60,271 nt of DNA from a virus (Duplodnaviria; Caudoviricetes): positions 1 through 60,271 of IMG/VR virus record IMGVR_UViG_3300032282_003042; one strand, 5' to 3'. The position numbers and the translations under genes were made by a program. How positions within the stretch are numbered: the first letter of the stretch is position 1; each line of letters begins with the position of its first letter. This document shows positions 15,439 through 25,520 of the stretch, one piece after another. A model generated the notes under the pieces. That model was not told where the DNA came from, did no database searches, and saw only the letters and a program-made list of their open reading frames with translations.

Positions 15439-16821
15439 TTAAAATACAAAGGAAGAAAAATTGTTATTTAGTTTATTATTATCTGATATATTTTCCATTG
15501 TTGTCAAAGATTCGTCTTCTTCCGCAACAATAGATCCTTCAGCGTCATCTACATTATACAGCTTCATTTTGGATCTGTCAAGCCCCACAGTAAATCTTTT
15601 GTGGAAAGTGGGATCATTATATCGATTCTTAAGTTGTTTAACCATGATGCGACCAGATTGTTCAAGTTCCTCAGTAGCGATAAGAGCAAACATAAAATCA
15701 GCAGTAGCGGGAAGACCAAAAGACTCGGAAGTATCGGTAAGATCAACGTCACTATTGCCAAAACCATTCCTAGTAGTTTGAGTAGCAGAAACAACTGGAA
15801 CGTTATGTTCAACAGCAAGACCCCTAAGTTCTTCAGCAATTGCCTTAACATAAGTATAAGAGTTTACAATGTGTCCCTTATATCTAGACGAAGCACAAAT
15901 GTTTAAATAATCAATAAAAATTAAATCTGGTTTAAAGCTTTTCTTTAAACTTAATTCATTAAGAAGTCCTTTAAAATGACCAGCATGAGCTGATGCCGTT
16001 GGATATTCTTTAATGATAAGTTTACCTTCTGTTTTTCTACCAATCTCATTAACTCTAGAAGTAAAGATAGATTCAGGAATTGAAGTAATATCTTTAATGT
16101 TTACATTAAGAAGATTAGCATCGATTCTCTCTGCAATTTTTTCTTCTGCCATTTCCAAAGTAATATATAAAACATTTTTTCCTTGAGAAAGAGCAGAAGC
16201 TGCACAATGGCACATAAACAAGGATTTGCCAACTCCAGTTCCAGCCAAAGCAACATTAAGTGTTTTGTTTGGTAAACCGCCTTTTGTAATTAGATTAAAT
16301 TTTTCCAAATCAAAAGGTATTTTATCTTCTTTTAAATGATAAAATTCATAACGTTCATGTGCATTTTGAATATAATCATGACCTACATGTTCATCGAAAG
16401 ATACTGCCAGGGCCTCTTGAAGGATACTGGGGATCGCATCTTTTGATATTTTTTGATCGCCTCCATCTGCAATTTTGATTGACTCAAGGAGGGCGAGATA
16501 GATTGCTCTGTCTTTACACCACTTTTCTGTGGTGTCGAGAAGCCATTGATATTCAACTTCATTGTTATTGAATTCTTTAATTGTTTTAATTGCATTCTTA
16601 AACGTGTCCTCATCTAAATCTTTTCTTGATTGTAAATTTATAACTAAAACTTCTGATGTAGGCATCATTTTATATTTACTAGCAAAGTCCCAAACTTCTT
16701 CGTAAATAACTTTTTCGTGTTGATCAGTAAAATAATCTGGTTTAACAAAAGGAACTACTTTGCGATAAAAATCTTCATTACAAATCAAATTTCGTAAAAT
16801 AGTAAATTCAATCCTCTCCAT
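15439..16821 (-). CDS. gp41: replicative DNA helicase (T4 gp41-like)
   Basis: Walker A AGTGVGKS, ITLEMAEE, FIDYLNI, SESFGLPATAD, KQLKNRY. Confidence 0.96.
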   Translation of the reverse strand: MERIEFTILRNLICNEDFYRKVVPFVKPDYFTDQHEKVIYEEVWDFASKYKMMPTSEVLVINLQSRKDLDEDTFKNAIKTIKEFNNNEVEYQWLLDTTEKWCKDRAIYLALLESIKIADGGDQKISKDAIPSILQEALAVSFDEHVGHDYIQNAHERYEFYHLKEDKIPFDLEKFNLITKGGLPNKTLNVALAGTGVGKSLFMCHCAASALSQGKNVLYITLEMAEEKIAERIDANLLNVNIKDITSIPESIFTSRVNEIGRKTEGKLIIKEYPTASAHAGHFKGLLNELSLKKSFKPDLIFIDYLNICASSRYKGHIVNSYTYVKAIAEELRGLAVEHNVPVVSATQTTRNGFGNSDVDLTDTSESFGLPATADFMFALIATEELEQSGRIMVKQLKNRYNDPTFHKRFTVGLDRSKMKLYNVDDAEGSIVAEEDESLTTMENISDNNKLNNNFSSFVF

Positions 16822-17839
16822 CATCTGATACTCCATAAAGAAATTCACTCGATGCTTGTTCCTCAAGTTTAGCCATTATTTCATCAGTAAAATATTGTTC
16901 AGGATTTTTTAAAATTTCTTTGCCATATACCTTTTTACCATTGACTTCATAACGCCCAGCACTGTTCTTCCATATACCAGCCCTCTCACCTAACTCCAGA
17001 AGGCCGTAGTGGCGCTCTAAACCCCTTTCGTCAAAGAATAAACGTGTTTCCACTTTAGATCCCTCACGGGTCAAACGGGACTTTTTCGCCTCACATTTAA
17101 TAATGTTTCCGACCAAATCGGTTCCATCTTTTTCTTTTTTCTTTCCGAGATAAATGATTGTGCTAGCAGAATACTTAAGACCACTACCACCGCCCATCTC
17201 TTTTGTAGGAACGTAAGCGCCAACAACGTCATATGTATGATTAGTAACTAACATGGGAATATTTGCTTTACCAAGTTTTAGTGTTAAAATTCTAAACACT
17301 GATTTGGTTAGCTGTGCTTTAGTCATGTCACGAACATTTTTATCATTAGAAGCATCTTCTACTTCTTTGTTCGTAGCAAGCATACCAAGAGAATCAAGCA
17401 CAAACATGAGGGGCTTACGCTCCTCTTTAGGCTGTTCCATATATTTATCAATGATACGCACAGCCTGAGTACGAAATTCTTCAATAGTATCAATTGGCAT
17501 AATAATCATTCGCTTGGAATCAATATCACGACTTTCAATCATTTGCTTACTAATAGCAGACTCAGTTTCAAAATATATGACTCCAGCATCAGGGTTGATG
17601 TTAAGAAAATTGCGAACAATACTAAGACAAAAGAAAGTCTTTCCAGTTCCGCTTTCTCCCGCCAAGGCAGTAATTTTGTTGGATGGTATACCTCCAAACA
17701 ACGAACCAGAAACCAGGGCATTGAAAATATAACTACCAGTATCAACAAAAGATTCTACATCTCCAGCTGCAATTCCATCGACAGCAAATGAAGCAAATTC
17801 ATTTTTACTATCTTTTATTACTTGTTCTAAAAAATTCAT
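16808..17839 (-). CDS. uvsX: RecA-like recombinase UvsX
   Basis: GESGTGKT, YFETE, VLDSLGML, MGGGSGLKY. Confidence 0.95.
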   Translation of the reverse strand: MNFLEQVIKDSKNEFASFAVDGIAAGDVESFVDTGSYIFNALVSGSLFGGIPSNKITALAGESGTGKTFFCLSIVRNFLNINPDAGVIYFETESAISKQMIESRDIDSKRMIIMPIDTIEEFRTQAVRIIDKYMEQPKEERKPLMFVLDSLGMLATNKEVEDASNDKNVRDMTKAQLTKSVFRILTLKLGKANIPMLVTNHTYDVVGAYVPTKEMGGGSGLKYSASTIIYLGKKKEKDGTDLVGNIIKCEAKKSRLTREGSKVETRLFFDERGLERHYGLLELGERAGIWKNSAGRYEVNGKKVYGKEILKNPEQYFTDEIMAKLEEQASSEFLYGVSDDGED

Positions 17840-17849
17840 TTATATGCTC

Positions 17850-20342
17850 CTAAAAAAAATTAAGTAGAGATATTTTTCTTTCACTATCCCATCCAATACA
17901 TTCTAACACATTTTTGAGTGGATCGTAAAACGACTTTTCAAACTGAAGTTTATGGTCCACATACTTTTCCAAATTAAATTCTGGAGGAAGATTTTGAAAA
18001 AAAGAAATTACATTTTGTTGGATGGGATTTGGCGTTCGCAAATAAATGAATTTAATTTTTTCTCCTTCTTGAATAATGGGATATTTATGAGCAAGATTAA
18101 GCTTTCGTATAAGGTGATTATAAAGTAATGCACCTCTGACTTGAATGGGACATCCCTTTGAAAATATGTCGCTAACACTTTTATATTTTTCCAATCCATT
18201 TACACCTCTAGGAAAAGCTATATTCAAATAATCTTGATTTTTAATATCTTCTTTTATTTCATCTATAAAATTTAAAATGTCATCATTTGATTTAGTAATA
18301 ATAAGTGTATATGCTTCAAGTAATTTATTTCTGAAATAAACAGGAGTAGATGAACGAGCAGTTTCCATACCACAAACTTTCATCTTTGGTTTGGAGTAAC
18401 GAACACCTTCACTATCCCACACATTAAGAACATACCGTTTTTTTGCAGTCCAGAAACCACGCTCAGCAATGTTCTCCCTTTTCATTTTCATCATCTGATC
18501 ATAAGCATTTACATACTCCGCCAATTCTTGGTAAGAACTTTCAATATGCTTTTCAAGTTCCAGTGAAGCGACCTTATCAAGGAACGTGACAACGCTTTCA
18601 GAAGTTTTTTCTCTTGTGCCGTATATCTTTTCCACAAGCGGTCCAAGATTAAGATACATAGAATCAGTATCAGAAGCAATAACATAATCAACATCCTTTG
18701 TTTTTAAAACTTTATTCAAATAAGCATTTGTTTTCTTTTCGATCCAGCGAATAGATAGCTGACCAGAAAGAGTGATTGCCTCAGCAATTTCAAGTTTATA
18801 ATAGCGGAAGTGCTCGTTACCAATAGCACCATAAGCAGAGTTGAGTTGAATCTTACGTGCCATCTGAATGTTATTACAGCGGGCAATCTCTTTCTTCAAC
18901 TCAACACTAGGATTCTTCTCATACTCTTGCTTGGCAACAAGCATCTTCTTTTTATAGATGGTGCGTTCTTGATAAATTTTATCCATCAATTTAGGAAGAA
19001 ATCCCTGAAATTCTGTTGTATAAAAAGTACCATTGGCACATAGAGTTTGCCCAGAAAGATTACTAAGATCTATCTCTTTATTTAAGAGACGATCCACATT
19101 AGCACTTGGGTGTTTATGTGGAAGAAGAGTTTCTGGAGACAAATTATATTGCATAATTAAATGAGGATATAGACTGTTAAGGTCAAAACTCACAATCCAA
19201 TCATACATTCCTGAAATAGGTTCTTTTACATAAGCACCAGCATACTTATTGTGTTTGGTACTATTTTTCTTAGGTGGAATAACAATGTTTTGTTTAGCAA
19301 GATAAACATAAATTATATTATCCCACATACGAACTTGAGAATAAACATCCTCATAGTTTACTTTAGCATCATACGCCATTGTAATGGCAAGTTCAATTAA
19401 TTTCATCTTGTCTTCTAATTGATCAACAAGACGAACATCAATAATGTTATACTTGACAAATTTATCCCAATCTTTTGTGTAAAACTCTTTGAAAGTATCA
19501 TATTCGGAGTGATCAAGTTTTTTTGCATCAAGTTCTACTGATGCAATGTGATCGAGTCGATATGATTCTTGATTCGTGTAAGTAAATTTTTTATAGAGTT
19601 CCAGATAATCAAGGGTAGCAATACCCATAATATCATAAGCAATATTTTTACGTCCTTTGATATAAATTTCTCTAGAAAGAACGATATTCCAAGGTGATAT
19701 TAATTTTGCATCTTTATCTCCCAATATACGTTCTACTCTTCTAAGAATATATGGAATATCAAACAATTGAATATTCCAACCAGTAATAATGTCTGGATAA
19801 TTTGAAGACCACCAATACAAAAATGCTCTCAACATTCCAGTTTCAGTATCAAATTGCATGTAATCAACATTCTCATCAGAATTAATATATGGTCGTGATC
19901 CAAAAACTGTGATTCTTCCCATTATATTATCTTTGATACTAATCAATAATATTTCTTGATCAGCAGATTCTATATCAGGAAATCCATTTTCAGCTCCAGT
20001 TTCAATATCTAACGTAAAAATACGTATTTTAGATACATCGTATTTGATTTCATTATCTGGATATTGTTCAAAAATATATTGATTTAAAAATCTGGTTTGG
20101 CCATAAATTTCAAAATCTTCAATATCTTTGTGTTCTTCTATAAAATTTTTGGCGTCTCGTATACTTCCTTGTTTTACTGGTCTGACATATTTACCATCTA
20201 GTGTTTTCCAATCAGATTTATTTTTACATGGTAAAAATAATGTTGGGTCAAACAATACTTTTTCACTAAAACTTTTTCCATTTTCATATCCCCTAATAAA
20301 AATAAAATTTCCTGATTGTTCAACACTAGTGTAAAATTTCAT
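17850..20342 (-). CDS. gp43: family B DNA polymerase (T4 gp43-like)
   Basis: Exonuclease motifs DIET and FDIPY; polymerase motifs SFDLNSLYP, KIQLNSAYG, SDTDS, KKRY; no intein. Confidence 0.98.
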   Translation of the reverse strand: MKFYTSVEQSGNFIFIRGYENGKSFSEKVLFDPTLFLPCKNKSDWKTLDGKYVRPVKQGSIRDAKNFIEEHKDIEDFEIYGQTRFLNQYIFEQYPDNEIKYDVSKIRIFTLDIETGAENGFPDIESADQEILLISIKDNIMGRITVFGSRPYINSDENVDYMQFDTETGMLRAFLYWWSSNYPDIITGWNIQLFDIPYILRRVERILGDKDAKLISPWNIVLSREIYIKGRKNIAYDIMGIATLDYLELYKKFTYTNQESYRLDHIASVELDAKKLDHSEYDTFKEFYTKDWDKFVKYNIIDVRLVDQLEDKMKLIELAITMAYDAKVNYEDVYSQVRMWDNIIYVYLAKQNIVIPPKKNSTKHNKYAGAYVKEPISGMYDWIVSFDLNSLYPHLIMQYNLSPETLLPHKHPSANVDRLLNKEIDLSNLSGQTLCANGTFYTTEFQGFLPKLMDKIYQERTIYKKKMLVAKQEYEKNPSVELKKEIARCNNIQMARKIQLNSAYGAIGNEHFRYYKLEIAEAITLSGQLSIRWIEKKTNAYLNKVLKTKDVDYVIASDTDSMYLNLGPLVEKIYGTREKTSESVVTFLDKVASLELEKHIESSYQELAEYVNAYDQMMKMKRENIAERGFWTAKKRYVLNVWDSEGVRYSKPKMKVCGMETARSSTPVYFRNKLLEAYTLIITKSNDDILNFIDEIKEDIKNQDYLNIAFPRGVNGLEKYKSVSDIFSKGCPIQVRGALLYNHLIRKLNLAHKYPIIQEGEKIKFIYLRTPNPIQQNVISFFQNLPPEFNLEKYVDHKLQFEKSFYDPLKNVLECIGWDSERKISLLNFF

Positions 20343-20641
20343 CAATCCTCAAATTCCTCAATCACATCATTTTCATCAAAAGATTCTTCTTGTTTTTCGT
20401 CATAAACTAACGAAATATATTGTTCATAATTAAATTTCTTGGGCTCAGTAATCACAGTGATATCAGATGACCTCACCACAATTTCCCTTTCACTGGCATA
20501 CAATGGCCAGGGAGCAAAACAATTACCTTCTATTTGATATGGATATTTTAAAATGCAATCAGGATCGCCAAATTCACAATCAGGAATTTCTTGCAATTCT
20601 GTTACAATCCAATCACCACCAAATTTAATCAACTTAATCAT
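20342..20641 (-). CDS. hypothetical protein
   Basis: 99-aa ORF translationally coupled to gp43. Confidence 0.75.
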   Translation of the reverse strand: MIKLIKFGGDWIVTELQEIPDCEFGDPDCILKYPYQIEGNCFAPWPLYASEREIVVRSSDITVITEPKKFNYEQYISLVYDEKQEESFDENDVIEEFED

Positions 20642-21018
20642 ACTACTTCTGTTTCAGACAATGGAATATCATTTTCTTCTGATTCTTCCAAATTGTTTGT
20701 ATTATCTTCAGGAGATTCAATATTAACTTTTTCTAGATAAGCTTGTTCTAAATTAACATCACATGAAGCTACTGACAATATAGCATCATATGGCAATTTA
20801 AATTCTACATCAGTGGAATATGGACACCACCTAGAAAATTTAACTTGAAGATCTGTTCCAATTTCATTTTGCATTGGAACCTCAACGATAGATAAGGAAA
20901 AAGGATTTCGCATCAATAGACAAATTCCTTTTTTATTTTCTCCTTCACCGTCAAATAATTCTTTGAGGTCACAAATAATTTGTTCCCCAGTTTTCAAAAT
21001 AACAATTGATGTGCTCAT
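20638..21018 (-). CDS. hypothetical protein (LKTGEQII, Sm-like beta protein)
   Basis: GAGG RBS before ATG 21018; promoter upstream. Confidence 0.75.
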   Translation of the reverse strand: MSTSIVILKTGEQIICDLKELFDGEGENKKGICLLMRNPFSLSIVEVPMQNEIGTDLQVKFSRWCPYSTDVEFKLPYDAILSVASCDVNLEQAYLEKVNIESPEDNTNNLEESEENDIPLSETEVV

Positions 21019-21042
21019 AAAAAAACCTCTATATTTTTTACT

Positions 21043-21071
21043 ATTATACCATAAAAAGAAACGGGGGTCAA
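21043..21071 (-). promoter_or_regulatory. sigma70-like promoter for the gp43 operon
   Basis: TTGACC-17 bp-TATAAT with extended -10 (TG). Confidence 0.8.
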
Positions 21072-21127
21072 GGTTGGATTTTGCCAACCAGACCCCAAGC
21101 GACGACGATATTTGGGTAGCCCCAAAT
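21052..21127 (-). terminator. two hairpins downstream of hsp20, the second followed by a T-rich tract
   Basis: ATTTGGG/CCCAAAT (21110-21127) and GGGGTC.GGTTGG/CCAACC..GACCCC (21064-21096). Confidence 0.6.
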
Positions 21128-21622
21128 TTATTTATTTAATGTGTTTTCGTTAGGAAAATTTGAATTGCGATCTTCAGTTAAAAATTGAGGAGTAGATTCG
21201 GTATGTCCTCCAATATTATAAAAAATTTTCTTTTGTTCTTCTGGAATTACTTTTTCTAAAGATATAATCAACAACCCATCACTAAATTCAACTGATTTTA
21301 CTTTAACATCATCTGACAATTGCCAAGTATTTTTGAATGAACGTTTTGATAATCCTTTATGCAAATATGTTCGTTCAATATCTTTTTTTTCAATTTTAGA
21401 GGCAACTGTGAGAATGTTTTGTTCAGTAGATACTTCAATTTCATTTGATCTAAATCCTGCAAGAGCAATTTCAATTTTGTAATTAGAATTGTCATGCTTA
21501 ATTAAATTGTATGGCGGATAGCTAGTATTATGCCCAGACATTTGTTCTAGACGAGTAAATATATCATCAAGTCCAACTGAAAATGGCGAATAAACATCCC
21601 AATTATATTTTATTGTGTGCAT
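21128..21622 (-). CDS. hsp20: small heat shock protein (Hsp20/IbpA family)
   Basis: YPPYNL, EIALAGF, YLHKGLSKRSF, DGLLII.L...IPEE. Confidence 0.95.
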   Translation of the reverse strand: MHTIKYNWDVYSPFSVGLDDIFTRLEQMSGHNTSYPPYNLIKHDNSNYKIEIALAGFRSNEIEVSTEQNILTVASKIEKKDIERTYLHKGLSKRSFKNTWQLSDDVKVKSVEFSDGLLIISLEKVIPEEQKKIFYNIGGHTESTPQFLTEDRNSNFPNENTLNK

Positions 21623-21719
21623 AGTATTCTCCTTTTTTAAAGCGAGGTTTTTTATTAAAGACCCATTACGGCGTCTTCAATATTATATATCACAATCAAA
21701 AAAAATAGTCAATTAGAAA

Positions 21720-21743
21720 TAACCGAATAAAATTATTCGGTTA
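21720..21743. terminator. perfect inverted repeat immediately after the regA stop
   Basis: TAACCGAATAA-AA-TTATTCGGTTA. Confidence 0.5.
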
Positions 21744-22163
21744 TCAATCAATTCTTTTTCTTCCTATGTTATATTTGCTTTCAAGAATCCATTCTTCTTT
21801 TTCTTTGAAGGCTAAAACTTTTATCTGATTTAATGGGGCAACATCTTCTATTTTTGACTCGTCAATTACTGAAATTAATCCCCAATCATAAAGCAATTTA
21901 ATAATTCTATTTCTACGTTGAACATCATTCAAAGAAAGATTAGTTGCTTTTCCATCCAAAGCAAACAATTCTTTAAAATGTACAATGTAATATCTGCCTT
22001 GCTTATGAAGAATATGACAAGATTGATAAATCTTTTTTTCTTTTCTAGATGCAACCCCAATACGTGTCAGTGTTTCTCTAACTTTTAAAAAATCATCTGG
22101 CTGAGTAAGAGAAACTTCAACCATATCAGATTGTTTCCATTCAATTTCAATTTCATTAGTCAT
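21744..22163 (-). CDS. regA: translational repressor RegA
   Basis: DDFLKVRETLTRIG, QSCHILHKQGRYYIVHFKELF. Confidence 0.97.
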   Translation of the reverse strand: MTNEIEIEWKQSDMVEVSLTQPDDFLKVRETLTRIGVASRKEKKIYQSCHILHKQGRYYIVHFKELFALDGKATNLSLNDVQRRNRIIKLLYDWGLISVIDESKIEDVAPLNQIKVLAFKEKEEWILESKYNIGRKRID

Positions 22164-22546
22164 TAGTTTCCGCCTTTATTTAACAGTTTTTTCATTTGTT
22201 TTAGATCATCATTAGAAAGAACATTTAAAGATTCTATAGCTTTTTTATAACTATATCCATAATATTCTTGAACTAACTCAATATTTTCTATAGTTTGTTT
22301 TTTGATCCAAGGAGAATATCTTTTCCTAGGTTTCAAACTATTTATATAAAAATCATATTGTAACTTTTTATCTAAATGATAATTTTTATTCATTTCATTT
22401 GAATAAAGAATTGTATCAATGTGCAAAGAAAAACATTTATTAATTAAAAAAGGAGGATAATTACTTTCTTGAATCAAGTCTTCATTTAAAATATTTTTTT
22501 TAGATTGATTTATAGAATATAAGTAATCTTTTAACTCGTATTTCAT
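22163..22546 (-). CDS. gp62: clamp loader small subunit (T4 gp62-like)
   Basis: YPPFLIN, NEMN, LQYDFY, RKRYSPW, YYGYS; synteny with regA. Confidence 0.92.
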   Translation of the reverse strand: MKYELKDYLYSINQSKKNILNEDLIQESNYPPFLINKCFSLHIDTILYSNEMNKNYHLDKKLQYDFYINSLKPRKRYSPWIKKQTIENIELVQEYYGYSYKKAIESLNVLSNDDLKQMKKLLNKGGN

Positions 22547-22680
22547 ATAGCAGTCACGCCCATAATTTTAGCATTTGGATTTCTGGCAATAGCAACTTCT
22601 TTTGCCTCTTCATAATTTCTAGCTTCAACTTTTTCCGTAAAAAGTTTGCCAGCAACATAAAGTTTAACTTCACATTTCAT
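22543..22680 (-). CDS. small hypothetical protein (45 aa, MKCEVKLYVAGKLFTEKVEARNYEEAKEVAIARNPNAKIMGVTAI)
   Basis: AGGA RBS; ATGA overlap with the gp62 start; read by hand. Confidence 0.75.
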   Translation of the reverse strand: MKCEVKLYVAGKLFTEKVEARNYEEAKEVAIARNPNAKIMGVTAI

Positions 22681-22724
22681 GATTAAATACTTCCTTTAAT
22701 TTTATCTAATATACCCGAAAAAGA

Positions 22725-22928
22725 CTAAGATTGTTGGGCAGAATGGTCAGATTTTAAACTGGCATATGTGGCAGGATTATATTTTAAATATTCCCAAAAT
22801 ATATGTTTCATTTCTCTGTTAGTTACTCCACAATGATTTGCTGCTTCTGGAAGATTCATAGTAGCATTAAAAAGTCCTTCGTTAGCTTCTTTGACATTTT
22901 TTGGAGTAGTTTTTACTTTTAATGTCAT
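22725..22928 (-). CDS. hypothetical protein (possible small helix-turn-helix protein)
   Basis: 67 aa; NLPEAANHCGVTNREMK segment. Confidence 0.7.
   Translation of the reverse strand: MTLKVKTTPKNVKEANEGLFNATMNLPEAANHCGVTNREMKHIFWEYLKYNPATYASLKSDHSAQQS
22745..22764 (-). promoter_or_regulatory. 20-bp pseudo-palindromic motif, copy 1
   Basis: TGCCAGTTTAAAATCTGACC, 31 bp upstream of TATATT (22708-22713). Confidence 0.45.
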
Positions 22929-22933
22929 ATCAT

Positions 22934-23587
22934 TTATATAAAAGTTGTTACTATTGCTCTTCTAAATTGATTTGGTTCTTGGGGAGTCCTATGGCAATGG
23001 AGTCCAGAAAATAAAATTATATCATCTTCTTTCGGTTGATGAATATGCCATTCTCCATTTTTATAAACTTTAACTTCTCCTCCAGTTACGTTATCCAAAT
23101 AAATCAATAAATTATTATGAGGAAAATCATGATCAACATGAGGCATTGTATATAATTCATTTTTTACATAATATGTCATATTGACATTTAATCTGTAAAT
23201 ATTATAAAAAGAAATATTATTATAATCTAATATTTCTTTTACACATTTTACAAAATTTTCGGCAAAATAACTAGTTATTTTACTATAAGGAGTTTCATTA
23301 TTAGGTCTTTCAATAATACAATGAGCAAAAAATGGAGTATTAGAATATTCTTCTTTTGAATCCAATTCATGCAAAAAATCATCTTCATTTGGTGTAGTTT
23401 TTTCGGCGTGATGCCAAATCATAGAACCACCAAAAATAAGTTCTTTAGTTTGTTTATATAAATCTGTTTTTGGATTTTCTAATACTATCAAAGGTTTTTC
23501 ATAAACTATTTGATTATAAGAAGGTAATGTAAATTGATTAGTATCTGGTTTTATTTTTGAAGTTTTTTTTGTTGATTTTTTATCCAT
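22934..23587 (-). CDS. putative 2OG-Fe(II) oxygenase
   Basis: PHVD (HxD), LLIYL, distal HCH and RRAIV motifs. Confidence 0.7.
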   Translation of the reverse strand: MDKKSTKKTSKIKPDTNQFTLPSYNQIVYEKPLIVLENPKTDLYKQTKELIFGGSMIWHHAEKTTPNEDDFLHELDSKEEYSNTPFFAHCIIERPNNETPYSKITSYFAENFVKCVKEILDYNNISFYNIYRLNVNMTYYVKNELYTMPHVDHDFPHNNLLIYLDNVTGGEVKVYKNGEWHIHQPKEDDIILFSGLHCHRTPQEPNQFRRAIVTTFI

Positions 23588-23592
23588 AATAA

Positions 23593-24537
23593 TTATTTAA
23601 ATTGACATGTCATCATAATTTCCGTCAAACAAGCAAGCATATTAATTTCTTGATCCGCAACAAAAGAAATTTGGTACTGATATTTAGCAATAATTAATAC
23701 AGCTTCTGGTATAGATGTGGATTTTAAATTATCGTATAAAGAATCATATATTTTTCTCAAAACTGTATTTGGATCATTATTGATATTTTCAGCTACCCAT
23801 TTTTTTACGTTAGTAAATTCTTTATTTTTTAAAGATCTTAAAAGATCATCTAATGTAATATCAGCAACATCCACAAGTATTGCACTAGAGATTTTTCCAT
23901 TAGATGCAAATCGCTGACATTCATTCAAAAGACGACGCCAATCAGGATAAAATCTTTTTATTAATTTTATGAGAATTTTTTGGTCATAAGAAACAGATTG
24001 CTCATCTAAAATTGATTTCAATCGAACAAAAAATTTAGCTTGAAGTTTCTCCTCTTCATCTTTATTAATTTTAAAATCAATAACCGTACATCTAGAATGT
24101 AATGGGTCAATGATTTTGTTTGGAAAATTGCAAGTAAAGATGAATCTACAATTACCATGAAATTCCTCAACAGCGGTTCTGAGCGACAACTGCACATCGC
24201 TGGTGGTGTTGTCTGCTTCATCGATAATGACGACTTTGTGGGGGGCGCTAGAGGTCAATGAGACAGTTGTGGCAAATTGCCTGACCTTATTTCGAACCGT
24301 GTCCAAAAAACGTCCTTCATCAGAACCGTTGATGACAATGTATGACGCTCCAATTTCATCACATATTGCTTTAGCCACTGTTGTTTTTCCCACACCAGCA
24401 GAACCACAAAGCAGAAGATTGGGAATCTCTTTCTGTTCAATAAATCCTTTAAACGAGTTTTTAATATTCACTGGAAGAATACAATCCTCAAGAGTGTGAG
24501 GACGATATTCTTCTACCCATAAAAATTTTCTATTCAT
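23593..24537 (-). CDS. gp44: clamp loader large subunit (T4 gp44-like)
   Basis: LWVEEYRP, GSAGVGKTT, IIDEAD, LHSRC. Confidence 0.96.
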   Translation of the reverse strand: MNRKFLWVEEYRPHTLEDCILPVNIKNSFKGFIEQKEIPNLLLCGSAGVGKTTVAKAICDEIGASYIVINGSDEGRFLDTVRNKVRQFATTVSLTSSAPHKVVIIDEADNTTSDVQLSLRTAVEEFHGNCRFIFTCNFPNKIIDPLHSRCTVIDFKINKDEEEKLQAKFFVRLKSILDEQSVSYDQKILIKLIKRFYPDWRRLLNECQRFASNGKISSAILVDVADITLDDLLRSLKNKEFTNVKKWVAENINNDPNTVLRKIYDSLYDNLKSTSIPEAVLIIAKYQYQISFVADQEINMLACLTEIMMTCQFK

Positions 24538-25214
24538 CAAGGTTCAAGAGCAATATAATACGTTAAATCTAAAGAAGAATGTTTCCATTCGGTAATCATT
24601 TTACTAGAAATTTTAACATTATAATCACCAGGAAACAATCTAATATTTTCCATTTTCATAAACAATTCATAATGTCCAGTATTATCTCCAGGTATTTCCA
24701 AAGAAAATATATTACTAGTTTCGTTCTCTTTATCTACAAGACTAAGAATAACAGTTCCACCAATCGATTCAAATTTTAAATCAGGAATTTGATATACACT
24801 ATAAGCTTTATGCAAAGCATTAATATTTTCTTGCCTCAAAACAAATTCCATGTCAGCTCCAGGAAATTTAATATTTTTATCTGGAGCAGCTTTTAAAGTA
24901 ATCTCTGGGTCAGAAAAATAATACTTTGCACTCATTCCTTTTGATTTAATATTAACATATTCGCTATTATTAAATTCTAATGTAGGAACAGTATTGCCAT
25001 TTGAAAATAAGCTCAACCCAGCAAGAAATTGGTTGAGGTCGTAAATACCAAAAGTAATGGGAAAATTTTCTTCACAAGTATATTGTGCAACAGCATTTTC
25101 ACCAACACTAATAGTTTTTAAAACATTACCTTCTCTAATAAGAATAGAACTATTAATGGTACAAAAATTTTTTAACACCGCCATGGTGTTTTGCGAAATA
25201 GTAATTTGACTCAT
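24537..25214 (-). CDS. gp45: sliding clamp (T4 gp45-like)
   Basis: LKNFCTINSSI, FGIYDLNQFL, YYIALEP. Confidence 0.95.
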   Translation of the reverse strand: MSQITISQNTMAVLKNFCTINSSILIREGNVLKTISVGENAVAQYTCEENFPITFGIYDLNQFLAGLSLFSNGNTVPTLEFNNSEYVNIKSKGMSAKYYFSDPEITLKAAPDKNIKFPGADMEFVLRQENINALHKAYSVYQIPDLKFESIGGTVILSLVDKENETSNIFSLEIPGDNTGHYELFMKMENIRLFPGDYNVKISSKMITEWKHSSLDLTYYIALEP

Positions 25215-25519
25215 TTGAACTCCGAAAGACCGTTTTGAGTGCGAGTATAATGCTTATCAAAGTGAAGAAGAAGCATAGCGTAATGAATTACTTTTAGTAA
25301 ATCACGCTTGTTCAAACCATCTTTATCACCATAACGACTACCATACTTAAGAATGTTTGCTTGACAAAAAGCAGAAGCAAGTTTTTTTGCTGCCATCAAA
25401 TCAATTGTTTGAATATCATCATAACCCTCTTCATCCCCACAGTAATGACCGTGATAAGTGCTAATAATATATTCTTCAATATCTTTGAAAATTTTATCTT
25501 CATTGTATTTCCACTGCAT
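25211..25519 (-). CDS. conserved phage hypothetical protein
   Basis: WKYNED, TY.GHY, NILKYGSRYGDKDG, DLLKVIHYA; GGAGG RBS. Confidence 0.8.
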   Translation of the reverse strand: MQWKYNEDKIFKDIEEYIISTYHGHYCGDEEGYDDIQTIDLMAAKKLASAFCQANILKYGSRYGDKDGLNKRDLLKVIHYAMLLLHFDKHYTRTQNGLSEFK

Positions 25520-25520
25520 T

